NCBI RefSeq assembly: GCF_009914755.1
Contig: NC_060940.1
Reading direction: 5' to 3' (one strand)
Length of the DNA stretch: 64,000 nucleotides
Source of the DNA: the human T2T-CHM13v2.0 reference genome, Homo sapiens
Shown: positions 14,401 to 26,806 of the stretch, piece by piece
Layout of the letters: each line of letters opens with the position of its first letter
Numbering within the stretch: the first letter of the stretch is position 1
Translations under genes and position numbers: made by a program
Notes under the pieces: model-generated
Told to the model about the DNA's origin: nothing
Database searches by the model: none
The model's input: the letters and a program-made list of their open reading frames with translations, nothing else

Positions 14401-17400
14401 ATTCGAGTCCATTCGATGATTCCACTCGATTCCATTAGATGATTCCATTGGAGTCCATTTCATTGTTCCATTCGATTCCATTCGATTCCTTTCGAAGATT
14501 ATTCCATTTGAGTCCATTCGATGATGATTCCATTCCATTCCATTCGATGATTCCGTTTGATTCCATTCGATGATTCCCTTCGATTCCTTTCTTTGATGAT
14601 TCCATTCCATTCCATTCAATGATTCCATTCGAATCTATTCCATGATGATTCCTTTCGATTCCATTCGCTGATGTTTCCGTTCAATTCCATTCGATGATGA
14701 TTCCATTCGATTCCATTCATTGAGGATTCCATTTGATTCCATTCAATGATGATTCCGTTCTATTCCATTCAATGATTGCATTCAATTCCATTCAGTGATT
14801 ATCCCCTTAGAGTAAACTCAACGATTCCATTCAATACCATTCGATGATGATTCCTTTTGAGTCCATTCAATGATTTCATTCAAGTCCATTTGATGATTCC
14901 TTTCAATTCCATTCTATGATGATTCCATTCGAGTCCATTCGATGATTCCATTCGATTGCATTCGATGATTACATTATATTCCAGTCAACGATGATTCCAT
15001 TCGAGTCCATTCGATGATTCCATTAGAGTACATTTAATGATTGCTTTGTTTTCAATTCGAAGATGATTACATTGGATTCCATTCTATGATACCATTCGAT
15101 TCCATTCAATGATGATTCCACTCAAATCCATTGGATGATTCCATTCGTGTCCATTCGGTGATTTCATTAGATTCCATTCGAGGATGATTCCATTCGATTC
15201 CATTCGATGATTCCATTCAATTCCATTCGAGGATGATTCCATTCCAGTCCATATGATCATTCCATTTGATTTCATTCGATGATGATTCCATTCGATTCCA
15301 TTCGATGATTCCATTCTATTCCATTCGATGATGATTCCATTCGAGTCCATTCGATGATTCCATTCGAGTCCATTTAATGATTCCATTGGGTTCAATTCAA
15401 TGATGATTACATTGGATTCCGTTCTATGATTCCATTCAATTCCGTTCATTGACAATTTGATTCCATTCGATGATGATTCCATTTGAGTTCATTCGATGAT
15501 TCTATTCGATTCTCTTCGATGGTGATTCAATTCTATTATATTGGATGATTCCATTCGATTCCATTTGATGTTGATTCAATTCCATTCTATTCAATGATGA
15601 TTCCATTGGATTTCACTTGATGATTCTATTCGATTCCATTCAATGATGATTCACTTCTCGTCCATTGGATGATTCCATTTCATTCCATTCGATGATGATT
15701 CCATTCGATTCCATTCGATGATTCCATTTGATTCCATGCGTCGGTGAGCAATTCGATTCAATTCCATGATGATTCTATTTGATTCAATTAGATGATGTTT
15801 CCATTCGAATCCATTCCATGATTATTCCATTGGAATCCATTCGGCGATGATTCCATATGAGTCAATTCAATGATGATTCCATATGGGTCAGTTCGATGAT
15901 AATTCCATTTGATTTCATTCGGTGCTTCTATTCAATTCCAGTCGATGATGATTCCGTTGGAGTCCATACGATGATTCCATTTGATTTCATTTGATGATGA
16001 TTCCATTCGATGATGATTACATTGGATTCCATTCTATGATTCCATTCAATTCCATTCGTTGATGATTCGATTCCATTCAATGATGATTCCATTTGAGTTC
16101 ATTCGATGATTCTATTCGATTCCGTTCGATGGTGATTCAATTCTCTTATATTGGATGAATCCACTCGATTCCATTTGATGATTATTCCATTGGAGTCCAC
16201 TTAGTGAATCCTTCAGATTCTACTCGAAGATGATTCCATTCAAGTCCATTCGATGATACCATTCAATTCCATTCGTTGATGCTTCCATTCAAGTGCATTC
16301 GATGATATCATTCGATTCCATTTGATGATAATTCCATTTGATTCCATGCGATGATTCTATTCGATTCCATTCAATGATAATTCCATTCAATTCAGTGATT
16401 CCTCTGGACTCCATTTGATGATGATTCCATTCAATGATTCCATTCGATTCTATTCGAAAGTGATTCCATTTGAATCCATTTGATGATGATTCCATTAGAT
16501 TCCATTTGATGATTCCATTCGATTCCATGCGACGATGATTCCATTCGATTCCATGTGATGATTCCATTCTATTCTATTCGATGATGATTCCATTCGATTC
16601 CATTCGATGATGATTGGATTCGATTCCATTTGATGATATCATTTGATTCCATTCGTTAATGATTTCGATCAATTCCATTCGATGATTCCATTCGATTCCA
16701 TTCGATAATGATTACATCCGTGTCCATTCAGTGATTCCATTTGAGCCTGTTCGATAATTCCATTTGAGTCCAACCAATGATTCCATTCATTTCCATTCAA
16801 TGATTCCATTCGAGTCCATTTGATCATTCCGGTAGGGTCCATTCGATGTTGATTCCATTGGAGTGCATTCGATGATTCCATTCGAGTCCATTTTACGATT
16901 TGATTCGAGTCCTTTCGATGATTCCATTCGATTCCACTCGATGATGATTTCATTCGAGTCCATTCGACACTTCCAATCGATTCCATTTGATGTTTCCATT
17001 CGAGTCCAATTGATGATTCCATTCAATTCCATTCGATGATGATTCCGTAGGATTCCATTCTGTGATGATTCCATGTGATTGCATTCAATGATGATTCCTT
17101 TAGATTGCATTCGATTGTGATTCATTTCGTCTTCACTCTATGGTTCCACAGGTTTCCATTCGTGTCCATTCCATTATTCCATTCTATTCCATTTGATGAT
17201 GATTCCATTCGATTCCATTCATTGGTGATTCCACTCAATTCCATTCAATGATTCCATTCCATTTCTTTCAACAATGATTCCATTAGTTTCTAATCGATGA
17301 TCCACTTGATTCCATTTGACGACGATTCCATTCTTGTCCATTCGATGATTCCATTTGATTCCATATGATGATGATTCCATTCGATTCCATACGATGATGA

Positions 17401-17608
17401 TTCCATTCGAGTCCATTCAATGGTGATTCCATTCAATTCCATTCGATGATTCCTTTCGATTCCATTCGATGATGATGGCATTCGATTCCTTTCAATCATT
17501 CCCTTTGATTCCATTCAAAGGTGATTTCATTCAAGTCCATTCGATAATTGCATTCGATTCCATTCTATGATGATTCCATTCGAGTCCATTTGATGATTCC
17601 ATTCAATT
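11497..17608 (+). repeat. ~6.1-kb HOR copy 3 (6,112 bp)
   Basis: Landmark at 11497 and 17609. Offsets 11107->17219 and 12105->18217 equal 6112, one 23-bp monomer longer than copy 2. Confidence 0.9.
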
Positions 17609-20600
17609 CAAGTCAATGATGATTCCATTCGATTCCATTCGATGATTCCATTGGATTCCATTCGATGATGATTCCATTCAAATCCATTCGATAATTCAAT
17701 TCAAGTCCATTCGACGATGATTAAAATCGAATCCATTCAAAGATTCCATTCAGTTCCATTCGATGATTCCCTTAGATTCCATTCGATGATTCCACTTGAT
17801 TTCATTTACGATGATTCCATTCGATTCCATGTGATGATTCCATTCAATTCTATTCAATGCTGTTTCCATTTGATTCCATTCGACCATGATTGCCTTTGAT
17901 TCCATTCAATGACTCCATTCGGTTCCTTTTGATGATGATTCCGTTCGATTCCATTTCATTATTCCATTTGATTCCATTGGATGAGTCCATTCGATTACAT
18001 TCGATGATTATTCCATTCGAGTGCATTAGATGATTCCATTCGAGTCCATTCGATGATTCCATTCGATTCCATTCGATGTTGATTCTGTTCAAATCCATTC
18101 GATGATTCCACTCGATTCCATTCGATGACTCCAGTTGATCCCATTCGATGATTTCCTTTGATTCCCTTTGATGATCATTCCATTTGATTCAATTCGGTGA
18201 TTTCATTTGATTCCATTCAGTGATGTTTCCATTCGACTCCATTCGATGATGATTCCATTCGACTCCATTCGATTATGATTTCATTCAATTCCATTCGATA
18301 ATGATTCCCTTCGAGTCCATTCGATGATTCCATTCGATTCCATTCAACGATGATTTGATTCGTGTCCATTCGATGATTCCATTTGATTCCACTTGATGAT
18401 GATTCCATTCGAGTCCATTTGATGATTCCATTCAATTCCATTCTCCGATGATTTCTTTTGAGCCCACTCAATGCTTCCACTCGATTCCATATGATGATGA
18501 CTCCATTCGATGAAATTCGATGATGATTCCATTCGCTTGCATTCGATGATGATTCCACTTGAGTCCATTAGAAGATTCTATTCAATTACATTCCATGACG
18601 ATTCCGTTCGAGTCCATTTGATGATTCCATTAGACTCCATTCGACGATGATTCCATTCGATGTTATTCGATGATTCCATTCGATCTCATTCGATGATGAT
18701 TCCATTCAACTCCATTCGATGTTTCCATTCGAGTTCATTCTATTATTCCATTAGATTCCATTCGATGATGATTCCATTCGATTCCATTTGATGATTGCAT
18801 TCTATTTCATTTGATGATGATTCCATTCGAGTCCACTCGATGATTCCATTCGAGTCCATTTAATGAATCCATTGGTTTCAATTCTATGATGATTACATTG
18901 GATTACATTCATTGATGATTTCATTCGGTTCCATTCAATGATGATTCCATTCAATTCCTTTCAATGTTTCCATTCAATTCCATACGATGATGATTCCATT
19001 TGATTTGATTCGACAGTGAGCCATTCGATTCAATTCCATGATGATTCTATTTGATTCCATTGGTTGACATTTAAATTCGATTCCATTCGATGATGATTCC
19101 CTTTGATTCCATTCAAAGATGATTCCATTCTAGCCCATTCAATCATTCCATTCGATTCTATTCAATGATGATTCCATTCATGTCGATTTGGTGATTCCAT
19201 TTGACTTCATTTGATGATGATTCCTTTCAAGTTCATTAGATGATTCCATTCGATTCCATTTGATGATGATCCCATTCGAGTCCATTCAGTGATTCCACTC
19301 GTTTCCATTCCATGATGATTCCATTCCATTCCATTCAATGATTCCATTCGATTCCGTTTGATGATGATTTCATTCGAGTCCATTTGATGATTCCATTTGA
19401 TTCCATTCGATGATGATTCCATTCGAGTCCATTCGATGATTCTATTCGAATCCATTTGATGATTTCTTTTGATTATAGTTGGTGATGATTCCATTGGAGT
19501 CCATTCAATGATTCCATTTGATTCCAGTCTCTGATGATTACATTCGAGTCCATACGATGATTCCACTCAATTCCATATGATGATGATTCCATTCGATTCC
19601 ATTCGGTGATTCCATTCTATTCTATTCAATGGTGATTCCATTCGAGTACATTAGATGATTCCATTCGATTCCATTCAATGATGATTCTATTTGTGTCCCT
19701 TAGATGATTCCACATGATTCCATTAGATGATGATACTATTTGAGCCCATCCAATGATACCCTTTGATATCATTCGATGAGGATTCCATTCGATTCAATTC
19801 ATTGGTGATTCTATTCAATTCAATTCTTTGATTCCATTCCATTCCATTCGACAATGATTCCATTCGATTTCTTTCGATGATTCCACTCGATTCCACTTGA
19901 CATTGATTCCCTTCGATTCCATTCAATGATTCCATTTGATTCCAGTGGATGATGATTGCCATCGATTCCATTCGATCACTCCATTCTATTCCATTTGATG
20001 ATGATTACATTCGATTCCATTTGACGATTCCATCTGATTCTATTCGAGGATTCCATTTGATTCCATTCGATGATGATTCCATTCGAGTCCATTCGATGAT
20101 TTCATTCGAGTACATCCAATGATTCCATTCGAGTCCATTTGATGATTCCATTTGATTCCATTGGATAATGATTCTACTAGAGTCCATTCAATGACTCCAT
20201 TCGAGTCCATTCAACAATTCCATTCGACTCCATTTGATGATTCCATTGGATTCCATTTGATGATTCCATTCGAGTCCATTTAATCATTACAGTCGAGTCC
20301 ATTTGGTGATTCCACCGGATTTCTTTTGATAATGATACCATTCAATTACATTTGATGATGATCCCATTCAATTTCATTTGATGATGATTCCATTAGAGTC
20401 CATTCGATGATTTCATTCGAGTCCCTTCATTGATTCCATCCGATTTCATTGGATGATGACTCCATTCGAGTCCATTCGATGATTCCACTCGATTCCATTA
20501 GATGATTCCATTGGAGTCCATTTGATTGTTCCATTCGATTCCATTCGATTCCTTTCGAAGATTATTCCATTTGAGTCCATTCGATGATGATTCCATTCCA

Positions 20601-23600
20601 TTCCATTCGATGATTCCGTTTGATTCCATTCGATGATTCCCTTCGATTCCTTTCTTTGATGATTCCATTCCATTCCATTCAATGATTCCATTCGAATCTA
20701 TTCCATGATGATTCCTTTCGATTCCATTCGCTGATGTTTCCGTTCAATTCCATTCGATGATGATTCCATTCGATTCCATTCATTGAGGATTCCATTTGAT
20801 TCCATTCAATGATGATTCCGTTCTATTCCATTCAATGATTGCATTCAATTCCATTCAATGATTATCCACTTAGAGTAAACTCAACGATTCCATTCAATAC
20901 CATTCGATGATGATTCCTTTTGAGTCCATTCAATGATTTCATTCAAGTCCATTTGATGATTCCTTTCAATTCCATTCTATGATGATTCCATTCGAGTCCA
21001 TTCGATGATTCCATTCGATTGCATTCGATGATTCCATTATATTCCAGTCAACGATGATTCCATTCGAGTCCATTCGATGATTCCATTAGAGTACATTTAA
21101 TGATTGCTTTGTTTTCAATTCGAAGATGATTACATTGGATTCCATTCTATGATACCATTCGATTCCATTCAATGATGATTCCACTCAAATCCATTGGATG
21201 ATTCCATTCGTGTCCATTCGGTGATTTCATTAGATTCCATTCGAGGATGATTCCATTCGATTCCATTCGATGATTCCATTCAATTCCATTCGAGGATGAT
21301 TCCATTCCAGTCCATATGATCATTCCATTTGATTTCATTCGATGATGATTCCATTCGATTCCATTCGATGATTCCATTCTATTCCATTCGATGATGATTC
21401 CATTCGAGTCCATTCGATGATTCCATTCGAGTCCATTTAATGATTCCATTGGGTTCAATTCAATGATGATTACATTGGATTCCGTTCTATGATTCCATTC
21501 AATTCCGTTCATTGACAATTTGATTCCATTCGATGATGATTCCATTTGAGTTCATTCGATGATTCTATTCGATTCTCTTCGATGGTGATTCAATTCTATT
21601 ATATTGGATGATTCCATTCGATTCCATTTGATGTTGATTCAATTCGATTCTATTCGATGATGATTCCATTGGATTTCACTTGATGATTCTATTCGATTCC
21701 ATTCAATGATGATTCACTTCTCGTCCATTGGATGATTCCATTTCATTCCATTCGATGATGATTCCATTCGATTCCATTCGATGATTCCATTTGATTCCAT
21801 GCGACGGTGAGCAATTCGATTCAATTCCATGATGATTCTATTTGATTCAATTAGATGATGTTTCCATTCGAATCCATTCCATGATTATTCCATTGGAATC
21901 CATTTGGCGATGATTCCATATGAGTCAATTCAATGATGATTCCATATGGGTCCGTTCGATGATAATTCCATTTGATTTCATTCGATGCTTCTATTCTATT
22001 CCAGTCGATGATGATTCCGTTGGAGTCCATACGATGATTCCATTTGATTTCATTTGATGATGATTCCATTCGATGATGATTACATTGGATTCCATTCTAT
22101 GATTCCATTCAATTCCATTCGTTGATGATTCGATTCCATTCAATGATGATTCCATTTGAGTTCATTCGATGATTCTATTCGATTCCGTTCGATGGTGATT
22201 CAATTCTCTTATATTGGATGAATCCACTCGATTCCATTTGATGATTATTCCATTGGAGTCCACTTAGTGAATCCTTTAGATTCTACTCGAAGATGATTCC
22301 ATTCGAGTCCATTCAATGATACCATTCAATTTCATTCATTGATGCTTCCATTCAAGTGCATTCGATGATATCATTCGATTCCATTTGATGATAATTCCAT
22401 TTGATTCCATGCGATGATTCTATTCGATTCCATTCAATGATAATTCCATTCAATTCAGTGATTCCTCTGGACTCCATTTGATGATGATTCCATTCAATGA
22501 TTCCATTCGATTCTATTCCAAAATGATTCCATTTGAATCCATTTGATGATGATTCCATTAGATTCCATTTGATGATTCCATTCAATTCCATTTGACGATG
22601 ATTCCATTCGATTCCATTTGATGATTCCATTCTATTCTATTCTATGATGATTCCATTCGATTCCATTTGATGATGATTGGATTCGATTCCATTTGATGAT
22701 TTCATTTGATTCCATTCGTTAATGATTTCGATCAACTCCATTCGATGATTCCATTTGATTCCATTCGATAATGATTACATCCGAGTCCATTCGATGATTC
22801 CATTTGAGCCCGTTCGATAATTCCATTTGAGTCCAATCAATGATTCCATACATTTCCATTCAATGATTCCATTCGAGTCCATTTGATCATTCTGGTAGGG
22901 TCCGTTCGATGTTGATTCCACTGGAGTGCATTCGATGATTCCATTCGAGTCCATTTTATGATTTGATTCGAGTCCTTTCGATGATTCCATTCGATTCCAC
23001 TCGATGATGATTTCATTCGAGTCCATTCGACACTTCCAATCGATTCCATTTGATGTTTCCATTCGAGTCCAATTGATGATTCCATTCAATTGCATTCGAT
23101 GATGATTCCGTACGACTCCATTCTGTGATGATTACATCTGATTGCATTCAATGATGATTCCTTTCGACTGCATTCGATTATGATTCATTTCGTGTTCATT
23201 CTATGGTTCCACAGGTTTCCATTCGATGACGTTTCCGTTCGTGTCCATTCCATTATTCCATTCTATTTCATTTGATGATGATTCCATTCGATTCCATTCA
23301 TTGGTGATTCCACTCAATTCCATTCAATGATTCCATTCCATTTCTTTCAACAATGATTCCATTAGTTTCTATTCGATGATCCACTTGATTCCATTTGGCG
23401 ATGATTCCATTCGTGTCCATTCGATGATTCCATTTGATTCCATATGATGATGATTCCATTCGATTCCATACCATGATGATTCCATTCGAGTCCATTCAAT
23501 GGTGATTCCATTCAATTCCATTCGATGATTCCTTCCGATTCCATTCGATGATGATGGCATTCGATTCCTTTCAATCATTCCCTTTGATTCCATTCAAAGG

Positions 23601-23687
23601 TGATTTCATTCAAGTCCATTCGATAATTGCATTCGATTCCATTCTATGATGATTCCATTCGAGTCCATTTGATGATTCCATTCAATT
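17609..23687 (+). repeat. ~6.1-kb HOR copy 4 (6,079 bp)
   Basis: Landmark at 17609 and 23688. Has a 49-bp deletion near 19,515 and a 16-bp extra segment near 23,221. Confidence 0.88.
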
Positions 23688-24514
23688 CAAGTCAATGATG
23701 ATTCCATTCGATTCCACTCGATGATTCCATTGGATTCCATTCGATGATGATTAAATTCAAATCCATTCGATAATTCAATTCAAGTCCATTCGATGATGAT
23801 TCCAATCGAATCCATTCAAAGATTCCATTCAATTCCATTCGATGATGATTCCCTTAGATTCCATTCGATGATTCCACTTGATTCCATTTACGATGATTCC
23901 ATTCGATTCCATGTGATGAATCCATTCAATTCTATTCAATGATGTTTCCATTTGATTCCATTGGACCATGATTGCCTTTGATTCCATTCAATGATTCCAT
24001 TCGGTTCCATTTGATGATGATTCCGTTCGATTCCATTTCATTATTCCATTTGATTCCATTGGATGAGTCCATTCGATTACATTCGATGATTATTCCATTC
24101 GAGTGCATTAGATGATTGCATTCGAGTCCATTCGATGATTCCATTCGATTCCATTCGATGTTGATTCTGTTCAAATCCATTCGATGATTCCACTCGATTC
24201 CATTCGATGACTCCATTTGATCCCATTCGATGATTTCCTGTGATTCCCTTTGATGATCATTCTATTTGATTCAATTCGGTGATTTCATTTCATTCCATTC
24301 AGTGATGTTTCCATTCGACTGTATTCGATGATGATTCCATTCGACTCCATTCGATTATGATTTCATTCAATTCCATTCAATAATGATTCCCTTCGAGTCC
24401 ATTCGATGATTCCATTCGATTCCATTCAACGATGATTTGATTCGTTTCCATTCGATGATTCCATTTGATTCCACTTGATGATGATTCCATTCGAGTCCAT
24501 TTGATGATTCCATT
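23688..24514 (+). repeat. Truncated fifth ~6.1-kb copy
   Basis: Follows the unit up to ...CCACTTGATGATGATTCCATTCGAGTCCATTTGATGATTCCATTC, then continues GAGTCTATTTATGTA instead of AATTCCATTCTCCG. Confidence 0.8.
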
Positions 24515-26327
24515 CGAGTCTATTTATGTATTATATTCGTGTCCACTTCATGATTCCATTCAATTCCATTTAATGTTGATTCCATTTGATTCCATTTGAT
24601 GATTCAGTTCGATTCCTTGCAATGATTCCCTACGATTCCTTTCTCTGATGATTCCATTCGATTCCATTCATTGATGATTTCATTCGACTCCATTCGATGA
24701 TGATTCCTTTCGATTCCATTTGACGATGTTTCCATTCGAGTCCATTCGATGATGATTCTATTCAATTCTGTTCTATTATGATTCCATTCGATTTCATTCA
24801 ATGCTTCTATTTGATTCCATTCGATGATGATTCCATCTCTTTCCCTTCGATGATTCCATTTGATTCCATTCAGTGATGATTCCATTTGATTCCATCTGAT
24901 GATGATTTCACTTGATTCCTTTCAATGATGATTCAATTCAAGTCCATTCGATGATTCCATTGGAGTCCAAACGATCATTCCGTTCGATTCCATTCAATGG
25001 TGATTCCATTCATGTCCATTCGATGAATCCATTCAATTCCATTCGATGATGACTCCATTCGAGTACATTCGATGATTCCATTTGATTCCATTTGAAGATG
25101 ATTCCATTCAATTCCATTCGAAGATGATTCCATTCAATTCCATTCGATGATGATTCCGTATGAATCCATTCTCTGATTATTCCATTCGATTCCATTCATT
25201 GACGATTCCATTCAATTCCATTCAATGATGATTCTCTTCTATTCCATTCGATGATTCCGGTCGATTCCATTCGATGATGATTCCATTAGATTCCATTCGA
25301 TTGTTGCATTCGATTCCCTTCGATGATGATTCCTTTGAATTCCATTCGATTATCATTCCGTATGAATCCATTTGATGATTATTCCATTGGATTCCTTTCG
25401 ATGATGATTCCATTCGATTCCATTTGATGATGTTTCTCTTGTATTCCATTGGATAATTCCTTTCAGTTCCCTTCGATGATTATTCTTTCGAGTCAATTCG
25501 ATGATTCTATTCCATTCCCTTCGATGATGATTCCATTTCACTCCATTTGATGATTCCATTCGACTCAATTTGGTGATGATTCAATTCGATGACATTCGAT
25601 GACTCCATTCAATTTCATTTGATGATGATTACATTCGAGTCCATTTGATGATTGTATTCCTTTCCTTTTGATGATTATTCCATTCGTGTCTATTCAAAGG
25701 TTCCATTCTATTCCATTCAATGATGATTTCATTTGATTCCATTCAATGATTATGGCTATCGATTCCACTCGTTGATTCCATTTGATTCCGTTCGATGATT
25801 ATTCCGTTAGATTCCATTAGAAGATTCCATTCGATTTTATTCAATGATTCCAATGGATTCCATTCAATGATGATTCCATTCGACACCATTCAGTGATTCC
25901 ATTCGAGTCCATTTGATGATTCCATTCTTTTCCATTTGATGATGATTCCATTAGGGTCCATTCAATTATTCCATTCGAGTCCATTCGTTAATGCCTTTCG
26001 AGTCCTTTTGATCACTACATTCGAGTCCATTCAATGATTCTATTCGATTCCATTCCATGATGATTCCATTCGAGTTCATTCGATGATTGCATTCGAGTCC
26101 ATTTGATGATTCCATATGATTCCCTTCGACAATGATTCCATTCGTGTCCATTTGATGATTCCATTCATTTCCTATCGATGAAGATTCCATTCAAGTGTAT
26201 TCGATGATTCCATTCAAATCCATTCGATGATGATTCCATTCCAGTCCATTCGATCATTCCACTTGATTCCATTTGATGACTATTCCATTCAAATCCATTT
26301 GATGATTCCATTCGATTCCATTCGATG
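24505..26327 (+). repeat. Diverged paralogue of the long-HOR segment ~27,030-28,880
   Basis: Shares rare landmarks TATGTATTATATTCG, GAGTCCAAACG, TATGGCTATCG and TTAATGCCTTTCG at offsets 2526-2553 (ORFs 25010->27540, 25222->27752), with many substitutions. Confidence 0.85.
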
Positions 26328-26806
26328 ATTCCATTGGATTCCATTCGATGATGATTCCATTCAAATCCATTCGATAATTCAATTCAAGTCCATTCGATGA
26401 TGATTAAAATCGAATCCATTCAAAGATTCCATTCAGTTCCATTCGATGATTCCCTTAGATTCCATTCGATGATTCCACTTGATTTCATTTACGATGATTC
26501 CATTTGATTCCATGTGATGATTCCATTCAATTCTATTCAATGCTGTTTCCATTTGATTCCATTCGACCATGATTGCCTTTGATTCCATTCAATGACTCCA
26601 TTCGGTTCCTTTTGATGATGATTCCGTTCGATTCCATTTCATTATTCCATTTGATTCCATTGGATGAGTCCATTCGATTACATTCGATGATTATTCCATT
26701 CGAGTGCATAAGATGATTCCATTCGAGTCCATTCGATGATTCCATTCGATTCCATTCGATGTTGATTCTGTTCAAATCCATTCGATGATTCCACTCGATT
26801 CCATTC
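26300..26806 (+). repeat. ~0.5-kb patch of 6.1-kb-unit sequence resembling ~17,620-18,120 and ~11,510-12,010
   Basis: Carries GATTAAAATCG, CAGTTCC, GATTTCATTTACG, ATGCTGTTTCC and TTTCATTATTCC variants. Confidence 0.85.
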
